DNA of 64,000 nucleotides from NCBI GenBank assembly GCA_963783865.1, contig CAWAPD010000003.1:71171-135170 (forward strand), given 5' to 3'. The translations under genes were made by a program, and so were the position numbers. The DNA is from an uncultured Actinomycetes bacterium. GTDB taxonomy: Bacteria > Actinomycetota > Thermoleophilia > UBA2241. This document shows, piece by piece, positions 63,637 through 64,000 of the stretch (positions are counted from its first letter, which is position 1; the number at the start of each line of letters is the position of its first letter). The notes beneath the pieces were generated by a model. It saw only the letters and a list, made by a program, of their open reading frames with translations. It had not been told where the DNA came from and ran no database searches.

Positions 63637-64000
63637 GTGACAGCCAGCGCAAGCGAGCAACGAGCGGTCCTCATCAGAGGGCTACTGATGGACCTTCTGA
63701 AGGTGGAAGCTCGCGTCCTTCCGGCTCTGGAGAAGCGGTTCGAGGCTCGCCTTGGGACCTCACTGGTGGAGCTCGATCTGCTCGGGGCGCTCATGCACGC
63801 GCCGGTTGGTCGGCTGAGGATGAGTGAGATCTCCACCGAGTTGACGATCAGCACGACCTCGGTGACGCGTCTTGTAGACGGCTTGGAGGAGCGCGGGCTA
63901 GTCGAGAGGGTTCTTTGGCCGGACGACCGCCGGGTCGTCTATGCGTCGCTGACCAATGAGGGTCGGCAGCTCTTGCGCCGTGCGCGCCCTGTCAGCGGTC
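63637..64000 (+). CDS. MarR-family transcriptional regulator (3' partial; alternative start ATG 63688)
   Basis: The translation ...LGTSLVELDLLGALMHAPVGRLRMSEISTELTISTTSVTRLVDGLEERGLVER... is a MarR winged HTH. Runs off the window end. Confidence 0.7.
   Translation, partial: MTASASEQRAVLIRGLLMDLLKVEARVLPALEKRFEARLGTSLVELDLLGALMHAPVGRLRMSEISTELTISTTSVTRLVDGLEERGLVERVLWPDDRRVVYASLTNEGRQLLRRARPVSG

Overview
This is a high-GC (about 70%) chromosome segment, probably from an actinobacterium or a related Gram-positive lineage. Reading 5' to 3', it begins with the distal end of the nuo operon (nuoK partial, then nuoL, nuoM, nuoN) followed by a YmdB-like phosphoesterase. Next comes an about 18.5 kb Wzx/Wzy-dependent exopolysaccharide locus (6317..24882). 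It opens with a priming polyprenyl-phosphate sugar phosphotransferase and a chain of genes joined by 4-nt stop/start overlaps. The chain runs flippase, GT4, HprK-like P-loop protein, GT, asparagine-synthetase-like amidotransferase, GT, GT2, then Wzy-like polymerase, and it also contains an RtcB-family RNA-ligase homologue. A secreted lyase-like protein, a Wzc-type BY-kinase, a GT87/DUF2029 membrane protein and GtrA lie convergently. Housekeeping genes follow: ileS, a trxA-trxB-asd-lysC operon, nadE, glnA, a DUF5679 zinc-ribbon mini-gene, an OmpR/HisK two-component pair, and an ApbE plus ferric-reductase-like flavinylation module. The distal third looks accessory. A 29-31 nt copy of the 5' half of tRNA-Arg(CCT) lies at 43837, and the intact tRNA lies at 56821. 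These two bracket about 13 kb that carries an arsenic-resistance cluster (arsR, Cys-rich small ORF, arsM, phosphoesterase, acr3, ferredoxin-like, arsC). The ars cluster is itself flanked by two diverged paralogous lipoprotein genes that share about 250 bp of conserved upstream sequence. An ECF sigma/anti-sigma pair, a full tyrosine integrase and an NmrA-like protein complete that segment. 3' of the tRNA is a lower-GC islet with a hypothetical gene and a truncated integrase pseudogene, then an M28 peptidase, a TetR, an MFS exporter and a partial MarR. The most unusual content is the EPS operon carrying RtcB-like, HprK-like and Cys-less AsnB-like genes in translational coupling with glycosyltransferases. 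All calls come from reading motifs by eye; no database search was run.
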